DNA of 64,000 nucleotides from Sphingobacteriia bacterium (GCA_011390785.1 JAABRR010000018.1:13208-77207), one strand, 5' to 3'. Positions 29,101 through 39,309 are shown, counted from the first letter of the stretch. The notes: generated by a model from the letters alone, not told the origin. Made by a program: numbers and translations.

Positions 29101-29423
29101 ATCTTATAGTAGCAGACTCAGCCGAAGATGCTATTGATATTTTAGCTTCACAAACTTTTGATCTCATTCTTTCAGACATATTACTGCCAAACATGGATGG
29201 TTATGAGCTTGCAAGAATTATCAGATCAGGGAAAAAAATCGGTAAAAATGATCCGAAAATACCCATAATTGCTCTTACAGCTGATGCATTTGTAGAAACC
29301 CGCCAAAAGGCTATGGAATCAGGGATGAACGATTTTGTTTCTAAACCTTTCGATTACGACAACCTATTCAATAAAATTTCAAATTACATGCCTGACAAAA
29401 AGAAGAATTCCGCTAAAAACTGA
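26157..29423 (+). CDS. Cytoplasmic multi-PAS hybrid sensor histidine kinase with a receiver domain
   Basis: About five PAS repeats; H-box MSHEIRTPLN; N-box NAIKFT; DTGIGI; GSGLGL; REC domain (MVEDD, LSDILLP, KP). Confidence 0.93.
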   Translation: MSSEDNFKKLREAAENALDRLNSSGKMDNSPENDLKKILHDLQVHQMELEMQNEELRRVQDMLEQEKLRYTNLFEYAPVGYVLMNKQGKITTINQTLCSLLGISKSSVTDKKNLSSYLSPESQDVFYLHIQNLLEKGKSSFCKLAMKTPGNVELWVIMESKIFYSDESSEYIIQSSLTDISASKINEDHLLRLSTAFEQSANSIIITDISGNIQFANPRVFETTGFSEDELIGENPRIIKYENSEVNYSEMWETISSGQTWKGEFINKDKFGNLYWEIATISPVKNKQGKIINYLAIKEDITQRKQAEKNLQKAKDFYLKLLEDFPVMVWQCDKKGNFNFFNKTFASFTGLNPQNINNKAYIKQIHPSDRDIFLDSFNKSLKNNNPFVVEYRLKDRYNNYRWVLNHAKPFSDIDGNYGGFIATSTDIHDRWVVEERLIESEESYRRMFEDSLLGIFKLDRNFQFISANKAFAEMFGYENTVDFLIDINNKPKNFFIDFSIEKEFRKQLVRSKENRFVIEKELTRKDKSVIYTVIHLRKVYERSRNKQYYMEGFIEDVTTRKLSEKKLTLSQQKFKSLFEKSYEAILILDGNLIVDCNKRATEILNLEFDDLINKNITEFSVKRQSERNSRKPLLQQKIDAALKGQSQNFELLLIRNHRTFDAEVSFIRIFMDNKFMVQAIVRDISEKKQAEKQLKQARDDAEKAKMAQSEFLSLMSHEIRTPLNAVVSLTDLMLHEHQSPDQRENLSSVKLSARHLLGLIDDILDYNKIESGNIQFDIEDFDIRSLVSQLEKVFEIKAREKKIKFLTHVEDNVPEVLRADTLRLKQILFNMVANAIKFTNEGYVKLQVEKAHMDDNKVFFEIRDTGIGIAPERLEAIFDKFTQEESSTTRKYGGSGLGLSICKKLVELQKGKIKAISSKNEGSVFSFFLPMEKGDKSAIETLELEEHKDIYSLKEMKILMVEDDKMNQLVGKKVIKTKWKANLIVADSAEDAIDILASQTFDLILSDILLPNMDGYELARIIRSGKKIGKNDPKIPIIALTADAFVETRQKAMESGMNDFVSKPFDYDNLFNKISNYMPDKKKNSAKN

Positions 29424-29486
29424 AAGTTCTTAACTATTGCAGGCCTTTTTGAATCTTTAATTGATACCTCATGTGGTGTTAATTTA

Positions 29487-29494
29487 TAACTTTG
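29487..29494 (+). promoter_or_regulatory. Sigma-A -7 element of metG
   Basis: TAACTTTG just upstream of metG. Confidence 0.55.
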
Positions 29495-29509
29495 CATCTG
29501 CCTTTATAA

Positions 29510-31606
29510 ATGCAAATATTTCAAAAAATAATCCAAATGGATCCAGGAATTCAAAAGAAAGAGTTTAAAAGATACACCGTTACATCTGCACTTCCTTATG
29601 CAAACGGGCCTGTTCATATCGGCCATTTAGCGGGCGTTTATGTGCCAGCCGACATCTATTCCAGATATTTACGTGCCAAAAAGTATGATATTTTATTTAT
29701 TGGGGGAAGCGATGAGCATGGTGTGCCCATAACCATAAAAGCACGCAAAGAAAACACTACACCGCAGGCTGTTGTTGATAAATATCACAACATGATAAAA
29801 GATTCCTTTAAAGAGTTTGGAATTTCTTTTGATGTTTACAGCCGCACATCAGCTCCCATTCATCATCAAACAGCCTCTGATTTTTTCAAAACTCTTTACG
29901 ATAATGGTAATCTTACAGAAAAAGAATCAGAGCAATATTACGACAACGACAATAAACAATTCCTTGCCGATCGTTATATTATAGGTACCTGTCCACATTG
30001 CAGCCATGATAAAGCTTACGGCGATCAGTGCGAAAATTGTGGCACTTCGCTAAGTGCAACAGATCTTATTAATCCACGATCTGTGCTAAGTGGCAACAAA
30101 CCAGTTATGAAGAAAACAACCCATTGGTATCTGCCCCTGCAAAATTTTGAACCCATGCTTCGAAAATGGATTTTGGAAGATCATAAACATGATTGGAAAT
30201 CTAATGTTTATGGGCAATGCAAATCCTGGATTGATCAGGGACTTCAGCCAAGAGCCGTTACCCGTGATTTGGATTGGGGCGTTAAGGTGCCTGTTGAAGG
30301 GGCAGAAGGTAAAGTACTCTATGTTTGGTTTGATGCTCCGATAGGCTATATTTCGGCTACCCGCGAATGGGGCGAGGCCACAGGAAGGCAATGGGAGCCC
30401 TATTGGAAAAGTGACGACTCAAAGCTCGTTCATTTTATAGGAAAGGATAATATTGTTTTTCATTGTATTATTTTCCCTTCTATGCTAAAGGCTGAAGGGT
30501 CTTTTATTCTCCCAGAAAACGTTCCGGCCAATGAATTCCTTAATCTGGAAGGGGATAAAATTTCAACAAGCCGCAATTGGGCCGTTTGGCTGCACGAATA
30601 TCTGAAAGAGTTTCCGGGTCAGCAGGATGTTTTGCGTTATGCCCTTTGTGCATCAGCACCTGAAGCAAAGGACAACGATTTTACATGGAAAGATTTTCAG
30701 GCTCGTAACAACAATGAGCTATTGGCTATTTTTGGCAATTTTGTTAACCGGACCCTCGTGTTAACCCATAAGTACTTTCAGGGAAAAATCCCCGCAAAGG
30801 GCACCCTTACTGAAGGTGACAGACAAACACTCTCCAGTCTTGAAGATTTTCCTCAAACTATAGCACAAAGTCTGGAAAACTATCGATTCAGAGAAGCCCT
30901 TGCCGAATTGATGAACCTGGCTAGATTAGGTAATAAGTACCTTACCGATAATGAACCCTGGAAAATTTTTAAAACAGATCCTGAGCGGGTGGCTACTATT
31001 CTGAATATTAGTCTTCAAATTTCGGCCGCTATGGCAATACTTTGTGAGCCTTTTCTTCCGTTTACTTCTGAAAAACTGCTGAAAATGCTAAATATGGAAT
31101 TGATAGAGTGGGATAAAGCAGGGAATGAAAATGCTCTTTTAATCGGGCATACAATCAATACTCCTGAACTTTTGTTTTCTAAAATTGAAGATCAGCAAAT
31201 ACAGTTGCAAATAGATAAACTTAATGCTGCCAGAAAACATAATCATGATGAAGAAAATAAAGTGGTAAAACCCATTGCTGATAACATTTCTTTCGATGAT
31301 TTTTCCAAACTGGATTTGCGCATTGCAACAATCATGTCAGCAGAAAAAGTTGCCAAAACAAAGAAATTACTTAAGCTAACGCTTAATACCGGTATTGACA
31401 ACAGAACGGTTGTTTCAGGTATTGCTGAATATTATAACCCGGAAAATATTATAGGAAAACAAGTTGTTTTGCTGGCCAACCTTCAACCTAAAGCAATTAA
31501 AGGAATCGAATCGCACGGAATGATTTTAATGGCCGAAACAGCAGATGGTACGCTGGCATTTTTACAACCCGATAAGCTTATTAATAATGGCGTAAGTATC
31601 TCGTAA
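29510..31606 (+). CDS. metG: Methionyl-tRNA synthetase
   Basis: [13 protein letters not shown], Zn-knuckle Cys pairs, KISTS and a C-terminal tRNA-binding OB domain. The start may be 29537. Confidence 0.98.
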   Translation: MQIFQKIIQMDPGIQKKEFKRYTVTSALPYANGPVHIGHLAGVYVPADIYSRYLRAKKYDILFIGGSDEHGVPITIKARKENTTPQAVVDKYHNMIKDSFKEFGISFDVYSRTSAPIHHQTASDFFKTLYDNGNLTEKESEQYYDNDNKQFLADRYIIGTCPHCSHDKAYGDQCENCGTSLSATDLINPRSVLSGNKPVMKKTTHWYLPLQNFEPMLRKWILEDHKHDWKSNVYGQCKSWIDQGLQPRAVTRDLDWGVKVPVEGAEGKVLYVWFDAPIGYISATREWGEATGRQWEPYWKSDDSKLVHFIGKDNIVFHCIIFPSMLKAEGSFILPENVPANEFLNLEGDKISTSRNWAVWLHEYLKEFPGQQDVLRYALCASAPEAKDNDFTWKDFQARNNNELLAIFGNFVNRTLVLTHKYFQGKIPAKGTLTEGDRQTLSSLEDFPQTIAQSLENYRFREALAELMNLARLGNKYLTDNEPWKIFKTDPERVATILNISLQISAAMAILCEPFLPFTSEKLLKMLNMELIEWDKAGNENALLIGHTINTPELLFSKIEDQQIQLQIDKLNAARKHNHDEENKVVKPIADNISFDDFSKLDLRIATIMSAEKVAKTKKLLKLTLNTGIDNRTVVSGIAEYYNPENIIGKQVVLLANLQPKAIKGIESHGMILMAETADGTLAFLQPDKLINNGVSIS

Positions 31607-31701
31607 ACGACAAAATTTGTCAATTGGACAAAGTTTTTTATTTGTCAGTATAATACTTGGCTTTTATCTGATAATATTGTTGGGTTAAACAAAAAAATGT
31701 A

Positions 31702-31709
31702 TAATTTTG
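31702..31709 (+). promoter_or_regulatory. Sigma-A -7 element of the tRNA gene
   Basis: TAATTTTG ends 14 nt before the tRNA. Confidence 0.6.
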
Positions 31710-31722
31710 CTCACATTCTTTT

Positions 31723-31794
31723 GGCCTCGTAGTTCAATGGATAGAATGGAAGTTTCCTAAACTTTAGATACAGGTTCGATTCCTGTCGAGGCTA
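31723..31794 (+). tRNA. tRNA-Arg (anticodon CCT)
   Basis: Cloverleaf: acceptor GGCCTCG/CGAGGCT, D arm GTTC..GAAT, anticodon stem GAAGT/ACTTT with loop TTCCTAA, T arm ACAGG-TTCGATT-CCTGT. CCA is not encoded. Confidence 0.95.
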
Positions 31795-31895
31795 CAGTTA
31801 TATAAAAAGCGCACTTAAAATTTTTGCCTCCCCAAAACAAAAAAGGCCTTCAGCTTAGGTGCAGAATGTCTCACAAATTAAAATAAATCAATGTC

Positions 31896-32108
31896 ATGAA
31901 TAGAAAAGATGAGAGACCAAGTAAAATATCTTATGAAAGATATTTGAATGAATTAGGTATTCCCGAAAACCTTAAGAAATCTAATAATGGCCATATCCCG
32001 GATTATGTAAAATATGGCACCTGGCTTAGGGTTAACGATACTGAAAAATTTGAAGATGATTACCAAAACTGGAAAGCCAAGGTTAGAGCTGAACATAACA
32101 TGGATTAA
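31896..32108 (+). CDS. Small hypothetical protein (70 aa)
   Basis: A-rich translation start region, globular-looking composition, and its own downstream terminator. Confidence 0.6.
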   Translation: MNRKDERPSKISYERYLNELGIPENLKKSNNGHIPDYVKYGTWLRVNDTEKFEDDYQNWKAKVRAEHNMD

Positions 32109-32129
32109 TCATATTATTAGGTTTTAAAT

Positions 32130-32169
32130 AAAAAAGGCTGTCTTATCTGTATTAAGACAGCTTTTTTTT
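32130..32169 (+). terminator. Intrinsic terminator
   Basis: GCTGTCTTA / TAAGACAGC stem followed by T8. Confidence 0.8.
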
Positions 32170-32456
32170 ACATAAACTTTTGTTTTATACAAAATAATGA
32201 AAGTTTACTATCCTAGTATGTTGAATAATTTACCTGCATAGCGATTGCATGCATTCATTTAATAGCTTTTTATTTCTAAAAATCTTTTTGTTGGCAATCA
32301 AAAGTTACAAATCCTGTCACAAAACACATATTCCCAATTCACTTGTTAACCAGGCAATTTACAGGTAACAGTTTTCTCCCAAATACTTGCGTATCTTTCA
32401 AAAAATCAATACATTCACTTTTTTTATATGGAGCCTTATATTTAGTTGCTACTTCC

Positions 32457-32483
32457 TGTAACATTTTACTTAGCTGGTTCGTC
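32457..32483 (+). promoter_or_regulatory. ECF-type autoregulatory promoter
   Basis: TGTAAC-N17-CGTC upstream of the ECF sigma gene, matching the AAC/CGT pattern of ECF promoters. Confidence 0.55.
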
Positions 32484-32519
32484 ACATCATCAAAACAGAA
32501 ATAAAAGCAAACCGATTGC

Positions 32520-33005
32520 ATGACAACAAGAGATTACAATCAATGCGTTGATAAACATGCCGATGGCGTTTACCGTTTCATCCTGAAAAACATTAAGGAT
32601 GAAGACAAGGCCCGGGATATTGTACAGGATAGTTTTGAGAAAATGTGGAATAAAGCAGCCGAAATTGATGCAGAAAAAGCAAAATCTTATCTCTTTACTA
32701 CTGCCTATCATACAATGATCGACCAAATAAGAAGAGAAAAGAAACAAACAGAGCTTGATGATGATACCATTAATCAACATAGCGTTAACAATAGTTACTC
32801 TGATTTAAAAGAAGTGTTAAATGAAGCCCTGACACGATTGCCCGAAATGCAACGGCATGTTATTATGCTTCGTGACTACGAGGGCTACTCCTATCAGGAA
32901 ATTGGCGAAATAACAAATTTAAACGAATCGCAGGTTAAAGTTTATATCTACAGAGCCAGAACATTTTTAAAGAAGTATATCGGAAAGATGGATTTAGTGG
33001 TTTAA
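32520..33005 (+). CDS. ECF RNA polymerase sigma factor
   Basis: Region 2 (ARDIVQDSFEKMW, SYLFT.AY..MIDQIR) and region 4 (LPEMQR.VIMLRDYEGYSYQEI...VKVYIYRAR). Confidence 0.95.
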   Translation: MTTRDYNQCVDKHADGVYRFILKNIKDEDKARDIVQDSFEKMWNKAAEIDAEKAKSYLFTTAYHTMIDQIRREKKQTELDDDTINQHSVNNSYSDLKEVLNEALTRLPEMQRHVIMLRDYEGYSYQEIGEITNLNESQVKVYIYRARTFLKKYIGKMDLVV

Positions 33006-33061
33006 AAGAGGAGTCCAATACCAACCTGAAAATTGCCATAAACTTACAAAAGAATACGATC

Positions 33062-34192
33062 ATGAAACCAACAAGAGAAAATTATGAAGCTTATTTTCTT
33101 GATTACCATGAAGGTAACCTGTCGGAAAGCCAGGTAGAGGAGCTGATGAATTTTCTGGCTTTAAATCCCGATCTTAAAGAAGAGCTGGATACTTTCGAAA
33201 TGGTAATGCTGACAGATGAAAATTCTGTATTTCTTGAGAATAAAGACTCTCTGAAGAAAGAAGGAGATGCCTTGCTGACAAGCATGATAGCCTGGCATGA
33301 AAATGACCTTAACGAACAGGAAAGAGTTCTGCTGGAAAAAACTCTGGCCCAGAATACAAAAGCGCAGAAAGATTTTGCCTTGGTAGGTATGGCCCGCTTA
33401 AAGGCTGATTTAGGTATTAATTATCCGAATAAATCGTCCTTAAAAAGATTTATCCTGGTAGGCCGGTTTACTCAACTGCAAAAGATTGCAGCCGCAGCTG
33501 CCGTTTTGGCCTTTATAGCAACGTTGTATTTTACCCTTCCAAATATTATGAATAATAATGAAGTATTGGTTACAACAACGGAAAGCTTCATTTCATCTGA
33601 TGAATTTTCGTCACCTGTTCTTCCTGACACTGATACATCTGTACCCCAGACACTTGAGCCAAAACCCCGCACCCCCGCCGTTATCCAACCCGAACTTATC
33701 CAACAAGAAAACAAACAAGAATCGATTGAACCAACTGAAAAAGGGACCATTTTAGCACCCAGGTTCAAGTCTAATAAAATTGCTGCTATCGAACCTGTTT
33801 TAAATACCAGAATAGAGATGGATACACCCATATTGGCATCAATTGATTTGAAAGAAGAGTTTTACTGGTTTTCCTATATAGGAAACACAGAAAACAAAGA
33901 TGATGATCCGAAAGAGAGGGTCGCTCCATTTCAAAATCCTTTACGGCAAACAGTTACTTCTCTGGCAAGTCTCGCTTATGATGGCATCGAAAAGAACACG
34001 GGTATTGACATCCAGAGTATAGAAAACCGCATAGCTGAAAGAAATTATGGATTATGGGATCTTGCAGGATATAGCCTGGCAGGAATTGGCCAGCTAACTG
34101 GTACTGATGTTACTCTTGAGCGCGAACGTGACGAAACCGGAAAAATAACCACAGCCCTGGCCATTGGCGAAAAGTTCAGGATAAGTCGTTAG
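33062..34192 (+). CDS. Putative anti-sigma factor (single transmembrane helix)
   Basis: Follows the ECF gene. Duplicated anti-sigma-like helical motif (FLDYHEGNLS / IAWHENDLN), one transmembrane helix (AAAAAVLAFIATLYF) and a periplasmic tail. Confidence 0.7.
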   Translation: MKPTRENYEAYFLDYHEGNLSESQVEELMNFLALNPDLKEELDTFEMVMLTDENSVFLENKDSLKKEGDALLTSMIAWHENDLNEQERVLLEKTLAQNTKAQKDFALVGMARLKADLGINYPNKSSLKRFILVGRFTQLQKIAAAAAVLAFIATLYFTLPNIMNNNEVLVTTTESFISSDEFSSPVLPDTDTSVPQTLEPKPRTPAVIQPELIQQENKQESIEPTEKGTILAPRFKSNKIAAIEPVLNTRIEMDTPILASIDLKEEFYWFSYIGNTENKDDDPKERVAPFQNPLRQTVTSLASLAYDGIEKNTGIDIQSIENRIAERNYGLWDLAGYSLAGIGQLTGTDVTLERERDETGKITTALAIGEKFRISR

Positions 34193-34202
34193 TAAGATTC
34201 TT

Positions 34203-35126
34203 TCAAGCCAAAGATTGGTTGTCCGAATGCAGGTGTTTCCACCTTCTGTGCGACCATAGCCAGGATTCTGGCTGGGCATAAATGTCTCTTTCCAAATAAG
34301 ATGCAAATAATTGGGTTAACTCACCATGTTTCTCAAATTCAACAGGATTTTCAGTAATCAATTCCAGCTCAATTTGATAAAAACCCTTTCTTATTCGATG
34401 TACTTTACCCCAAATTAAAGGTGTATTAAATTTTTTAGATAATATTTCAGTGCCTTTGAAAAAAGGGGTTTCCTGATTGAGAAATTTAACCCAAAATGCA
34501 TTGTCTTTAGGAGGGGTTTGATCGGCAATAAGAGCAGTGGCCATAATAATATTTCGGTTTCTGATCATTTCGCGGGGTAGATTTTTCATCGTTACCAGCC
34601 AGTTTCCGCTTCGCTGTCTTATTCGAAGTGTATCCCGATCAAAAGCTTTATTGCGTAGTGGGCGATAAGCAGTTAAAATCTGGTGCTTGTTGTAAAGAGG
34701 AAACGCAGAGCCTGCCATTTCCCAGTTGCCTATATGGCCCATCACAATCAATACATTTCTACCTTCATTATAAAATCTTTCCATAAGAGCAGTTGAGGAT
34801 TGTGTGTAATAGGCACGCTGCTTTAATTCTTCGGGTTTCATATTGCGAAATCTGACTACTTCCATCAAAACCTGAGCAAAACACCGGTAAAAATTATTTT
34901 CGATGGTTTTTAGCTCATTATTCTCTTTCTCAGGGAACGAATTTTTTAAATTTTGCCTTACAATAGATAGCCGATATTGAAAAACCTTATGTAAAAGTAT
35001 TGCCAAAACAGAGGCAAAAACAAATAAAACGGAAAACGGAAAACGGGAAATAATATTCAAAAATAATATCAACAGGCCCGAAAGCCTTTCCTTGATAATC
35101 AACCAGGCCGGTTTATTATTCTTCAT
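34203..35126 (-). CDS. Lipid A late acyltransferase (LpxL/HtrB family)
   Basis: GHIGNWE, IADQTP, FLNQET.FFKG and I...PE.WLWSHRRWK motifs. Confidence 0.88.
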   Translation of the reverse strand: MKNNKPAWLIIKERLSGLLILFLNIISRFPFSVLFVFASVLAILLHKVFQYRLSIVRQNLKNSFPEKENNELKTIENNFYRCFAQVLMEVVRFRNMKPEELKQRAYYTQSSTALMERFYNEGRNVLIVMGHIGNWEMAGSAFPLYNKHQILTAYRPLRNKAFDRDTLRIRQRSGNWLVTMKNLPREMIRNRNIIMATALIADQTPPKDNAFWVKFLNQETPFFKGTEILSKKFNTPLIWGKVHRIRKGFYQIELELITENPVEFEKHGELTQLFASYLERDIYAQPESWLWSHRRWKHLHSDNQSLA

Positions 35127-35212
35127 TAAAGAATAGGTTTAGCTTATCAGCTTGCGTAAAGAAATAATTCGTAAAATTAGCTTGCTATCTTAATCAGAGT
35201 ATTCAGCTATTT

Positions 35213-37417
35213 CTAACATTCAAAATTGGTAAATGTTGGGGTAAGTTGAAAATCAAAATCAGGATATTCATAAACAGGCGCCCTTTTTTCGGTTTCACCC
35301 ATGCTATACCCCCAAATAGTTTCATATTCTTTCCGGTTTTCACCCATTTCTTCAATCTGATCGAGATAAGCAGCAATAGATTTGGATTCTGCAGTAATAA
35401 ATTTACCCATTTTCTTAATAATAGGGCTATGGCTGCGGGTATTATCGTGGTCAAACTCAAGAATTCGACGGCCATTTCGGGTAATTCCAATAACACGAAA
35501 GGTCATGCTTTTACCAACTCCCGGCAGGTTTAACAGATTTCTGTCGGTGGCCAAAAAGGGCAGGCCTGCATCGTTACGGAGAGAATCAATCTGTTCTATC
35601 ATTTTTTCGGCATGAGCCGGAAATTCTTTTAGTCTTTCGAGATTTTCAGCAGGGACCTGCCCAAAAATCTTCTCCTCCATTTGTTCCTGGGCTGCGCGGG
35701 CATTGGTGGCAAATTTGGAACTGTTTTCCATATATCCTTTAACAGAAAAAGTATAGTAAGATAAAATTCCTATATCGTTGAGCACTTTACGCAGTTTGGC
35801 TGCATGGCCGCGACGCGAAGAAGGTGCAGTAAAGACCAGTTGATTGGCAATCATCCAGCCGGCATTACGCAACATGTCTATTGCTTTTTTTGTTTCCGGA
35901 GTAATTTCCAGAGGCGACTGGAAATGAGTTTGGATAACAAATTGACTTATACCAATGGCTGATGCTTTTTTTCTGAAGGTGGCCAGAATATCTGCCAGCT
36001 GGGGTGTAATGCGTTGTGGTAGATAAACCGGAAGTCTTGTACCTAACCGTATGCGCTGAATTTCGGCATATTTTTCGCCATCTTTTCGCAATTTATTGGT
36101 TTCCTTTTTCTTTACAGCCATATTGTAAACGGCATTAAGAATTTTTTCGAGAGATGAGTTGGAGCTCATCAGAGCATCGCCACCTGTAATTAGAATGTCG
36201 CGCAATCGTGAATCATTTTCCCAGTATTTCATGATCTGTTCCAGCTTATCATCCCATGTTTCTTGCGGTCTCAGCTTATCGAGATCAAAATTTAGGTGGC
36301 CACGCTGAAAATCGTACATTCGCTGGCAAGATGCACACAACCCGGCACAGGCGCGTCCCATGGTATCGGGTATTAAAATGGCAACTTCCGGATAACGGCG
36401 ATGAACATTATGGCGGGTAGGTAAGATCCATCCGGCAGCATTGGGTTTTCCGGGCTCAACAATATCTTCTTTTTCCCATGCTACAATATGTCCAAACTCA
36501 TCAACCAGTTGTTTACTGTAAATTACATAATAGCGTATAGCCAGATCGGCACCACGAGCAAAGTCAGGTACATCAACATTTAGCAACGAAAGATAATGGG
36601 GGTTTATAAAGAAAGGAATACCCTGTTTATGCGCTCTGTAAAGTACTTTCATGGTTTCATCGTCGAGCGAATTGGCCAGTAATTCGTTGAGCAGATCAGG
36701 ATTTCGCACGGCAAAACGCAGGTGAAAAATGTGATCGTTCCACCAACCATTCATCATCCTAATTTTATCTTCCCATGTTAGTCCTGCGGGGAATTTATAT
36801 TTGGGACTCTTTATTTCGCCGGAGTCAATCTTTTTTGCAAGAATATTAATAATTCTTTGCTTATTTTGTTTTCTTATTTTAACAATCTCCTTATCCAGAC
36901 CGGAATAATGTCTTTTCATCCAGGTCTGAATTTGATCCAAATCCGGCAATTGTCTTTTTGCCTGGCCATTAAACTGTCTAAAAAGTTGGATCATGTCTTT
37001 AAAGAAGTTTGTTTTAGCTCCGCCAATTCCTTCTATGGTTGCCAGCCAAAGAACTTTGAATGGTTCTGATATGGCTTTTTTCCCCTTGAGATTTAAATCA
37101 TCAATGGTAATGCCTGAATGATCGATATAATCCATAATACGAATTGCGGCTATGTCTTGCCATGAGAGCTTTTTGAGCGCATTCATTCCCTTGCTTTTAT
37201 ACTGATAACAGGCAAAGGCATGCGGGTTATTATCCATATATTGCATCAGCCTTTTTCTTAAAGCTATTTCAACATTTTCAAAAGTATCTGATTCACGCAG
37301 TATGATTTCCAGCCTTGGATTTTCCTTTAAAAGGATATCAAGGTATTTTTTTGCCGTAGCACTTATTGGTGTTTGATCCAAATGTTCTAAAGTTGTATAC
37401 GAATGTGTTTCAATCAT
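35213..37417 (-). CDS. Long-form KamA-family (lysine 2,3-aminomutase-like) radical SAM protein
   Basis: Probable start MIETH at 37417. HRRYP, CAGLCASCQR (CxxxCxxC), ILITGGDAL, RIRLGTRLPV.LPQRIT and PGVGK (putative PLP lysine) motifs. Confidence 0.8.
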   Translation of the reverse strand: MIETHSYTTLEHLDQTPISATAKKYLDILLKENPRLEIILRESDTFENVEIALRKRLMQYMDNNPHAFACYQYKSKGMNALKKLSWQDIAAIRIMDYIDHSGITIDDLNLKGKKAISEPFKVLWLATIEGIGGAKTNFFKDMIQLFRQFNGQAKRQLPDLDQIQTWMKRHYSGLDKEIVKIRKQNKQRIINILAKKIDSGEIKSPKYKFPAGLTWEDKIRMMNGWWNDHIFHLRFAVRNPDLLNELLANSLDDETMKVLYRAHKQGIPFFINPHYLSLLNVDVPDFARGADLAIRYYVIYSKQLVDEFGHIVAWEKEDIVEPGKPNAAGWILPTRHNVHRRYPEVAILIPDTMGRACAGLCASCQRMYDFQRGHLNFDLDKLRPQETWDDKLEQIMKYWENDSRLRDILITGGDALMSSNSSLEKILNAVYNMAVKKKETNKLRKDGEKYAEIQRIRLGTRLPVYLPQRITPQLADILATFRKKASAIGISQFVIQTHFQSPLEITPETKKAIDMLRNAGWMIANQLVFTAPSSRRGHAAKLRKVLNDIGILSYYTFSVKGYMENSSKFATNARAAQEQMEEKIFGQVPAENLERLKEFPAHAEKMIEQIDSLRNDAGLPFLATDRNLLNLPGVGKSMTFRVIGITRNGRRILEFDHDNTRSHSPIIKKMGKFITAESKSIAAYLDQIEEMGENRKEYETIWGYSMGETEKRAPVYEYPDFDFQLTPTFTNFEC

Positions 37418-37511
37418 GACAGCTAAACAAATATTTAAGGGTAATATTATCGGATTTGGTACTTCAAATGTAATCATTTTCGGGCAAACAGATGCCAGGG
37501 TGATGATTAAG

Positions 37512-39032
37512 CTATCGTAAAGGTTTGAATCTATTGGAGATACGAAAAAGCAGAGGTTTTAAGGTTTCACGTGCTTCGGCATCGATAACCCAAACAGAAA
37601 ACGCAAAAACGGCCAAAATAAATGCACTGATAATCCAGCCAACAATACGATGTATTTCAGGAATCAACCCGTGAAGCCAGAAAAGCACAAGAGCAGCTAC
37701 CATAAAAAGGAATATGCGTGGAATATCGTACTTAACATGATAGTATTTTTTACCCCAATACCATGAAATCAATGTCATACTGAAATTACAGAAAAGATGT
37801 GCCCAGGCAGAGCCCATGTAACCCAAAACCGGGATAAGCATGATGTTGAGCACAATGGTAATGAAAGCCCCAATAACGGCAATATAGGCACCGAAACGGG
37901 TTTGCCCGGTAAGTTTATACCAGATGGAAAGGTTAAAATATATTCCCAGAAAAATATGTGCCATTAGCAGAATGGGCACAACCTGGAGTCCTTCACGAAA
38001 ATCGCTTCCAATAAAATACTGGATAATATCCATATAAAGCATAATACCCAGAAAGATGAAAAGGCAGGTTACAACAAATACTTTCATAACTCTGGCGTAT
38101 AGGGCTTTGGCATTTTCATTTTTATACTCGGCAAAGAAAAATGGCTCGGCTGCAAAGCGAAATGCTTGTGTAAAAAGCACCATTAATACAGAAACACGGT
38201 AGCATGCACCATAAATACCCAGTTGCGACATGGCAATATCGGCCGGGAGCATGTATTTAAGAAGAATCTTGTCGAGAGCTTCATTAAGCACGCCTGCCAG
38301 TCCGGCTATCAAAAGGGGTATGGCATAAACGATCATGGTTTTCCAGATGGAGATGGAAACTTTGAAACCACTTCGTAAAATTACAGGTAGCAGCATAAAC
38401 CCTATGATGACGCTGGAAGCAAGATTTGAAATAAAAACATATCCTACTCCAATTTCGGGGTTGTAAAAAGATTGTACCCATGATACAATATAGGATGGTG
38501 CATTTTTAACTAACCACGGGCATCCTACTATGAAAAACACTACCAGGGCTATGTTAACCCCAATACCAACCAGTTTTACTGTGGCAAATAAAATGGGGCG
38601 GTTTTCGGCCCTAAGTCGGGCAAAAGGTATAGACATTACAGCGTCCAAACCAATTATGATCCCAAACCACAATACATATTCCGGATGATCAGGATAGCGC
38701 ATAAGGGCTGCAATATCGCTGCTGAAAACAGTGGTGAAAATTACAAATACCCCTGAAAGAGTAAGAACAGAGAACAACGACGTGCCAAAAACTGAGTTTT
38801 TCTGATTTAAATTTTGTTCTGAAAACCGGAAAAATGCGGTCTCCATTCCATGAGTAAGAATTACGATAAGAATGGCAACGTAGGAATATATTTCGGTAAT
38901 TACACCAAACTCATGGGTAAGAAAATAGTTGGTATACAGAGGAACCAGCAGATAATTGAGAAGCCTGCCCACAATACTGCTTACACCGTATATAGCCGTT
39001 TGGCCGGCCAGTCTTTTGATTGCGTTTGTCAT
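37512..39032 (-). CDS. MOP-superfamily oligosaccharide flippase (Wzx/polysaccharide biosynthesis protein)
   Basis: Probable start MTNAIKRLAGQTAIYG at 39032; about 14 transmembrane segments; GMETAFFRF and FRFAAEPFFF motifs. Confidence 0.85.
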   Translation of the reverse strand: MTNAIKRLAGQTAIYGVSSIVGRLLNYLLVPLYTNYFLTHEFGVITEIYSYVAILIVILTHGMETAFFRFSEQNLNQKNSVFGTSLFSVLTLSGVFVIFTTVFSSDIAALMRYPDHPEYVLWFGIIIGLDAVMSIPFARLRAENRPILFATVKLVGIGVNIALVVFFIVGCPWLVKNAPSYIVSWVQSFYNPEIGVGYVFISNLASSVIIGFMLLPVILRSGFKVSISIWKTMIVYAIPLLIAGLAGVLNEALDKILLKYMLPADIAMSQLGIYGACYRVSVLMVLFTQAFRFAAEPFFFAEYKNENAKALYARVMKVFVVTCLFIFLGIMLYMDIIQYFIGSDFREGLQVVPILLMAHIFLGIYFNLSIWYKLTGQTRFGAYIAVIGAFITIVLNIMLIPVLGYMGSAWAHLFCNFSMTLISWYWGKKYYHVKYDIPRIFLFMVAALVLFWLHGLIPEIHRIVGWIISAFILAVFAFSVWVIDAEARETLKPLLFRISNRFKPLR

Positions 39033-39127
39033 GCATTTCCAGTAATGCTGCAAAGGTGCAAAAATTATTTTAATATACAGGGCAGAAAAGGGCCTTTGCA
39101 TCACCCTGCTTTTCACATTTATATTTT

Positions 39128-39259
39128 ACTGTACGTAAACGAACAGTGTATTAGTAATACCGTACACTAAAACACAGTGATTGTTTTCCTATTAGCTTGT
39201 TATGATCAATGTAACAAATTATAATAGAGATAGATATGAATTATGGCACAGTAACTGGT
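39128..39259 (+). promoter_or_regulatory. Putative enhancer palindromes plus a sigma54-like promoter
   Basis: ACTGTACG-TAAA-CGAACAGT (39128-39147) and AGTGTA-N12-TACACT (39145-39168) lie ~100 bp upstream of TGGCACAGTAACTGG (39244-39258). Confidence 0.45.
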
Positions 39260-39309
39260 TATTAAATGATAAATAAATAACCAAACTTAAAACCTAAAAA
39301 TTTACAGAT

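Noticed and set aside
31723..32170. Integrative element at tRNA-Arg
   Set aside because: No integrase and no duplicated tRNA 3' end found in the window.
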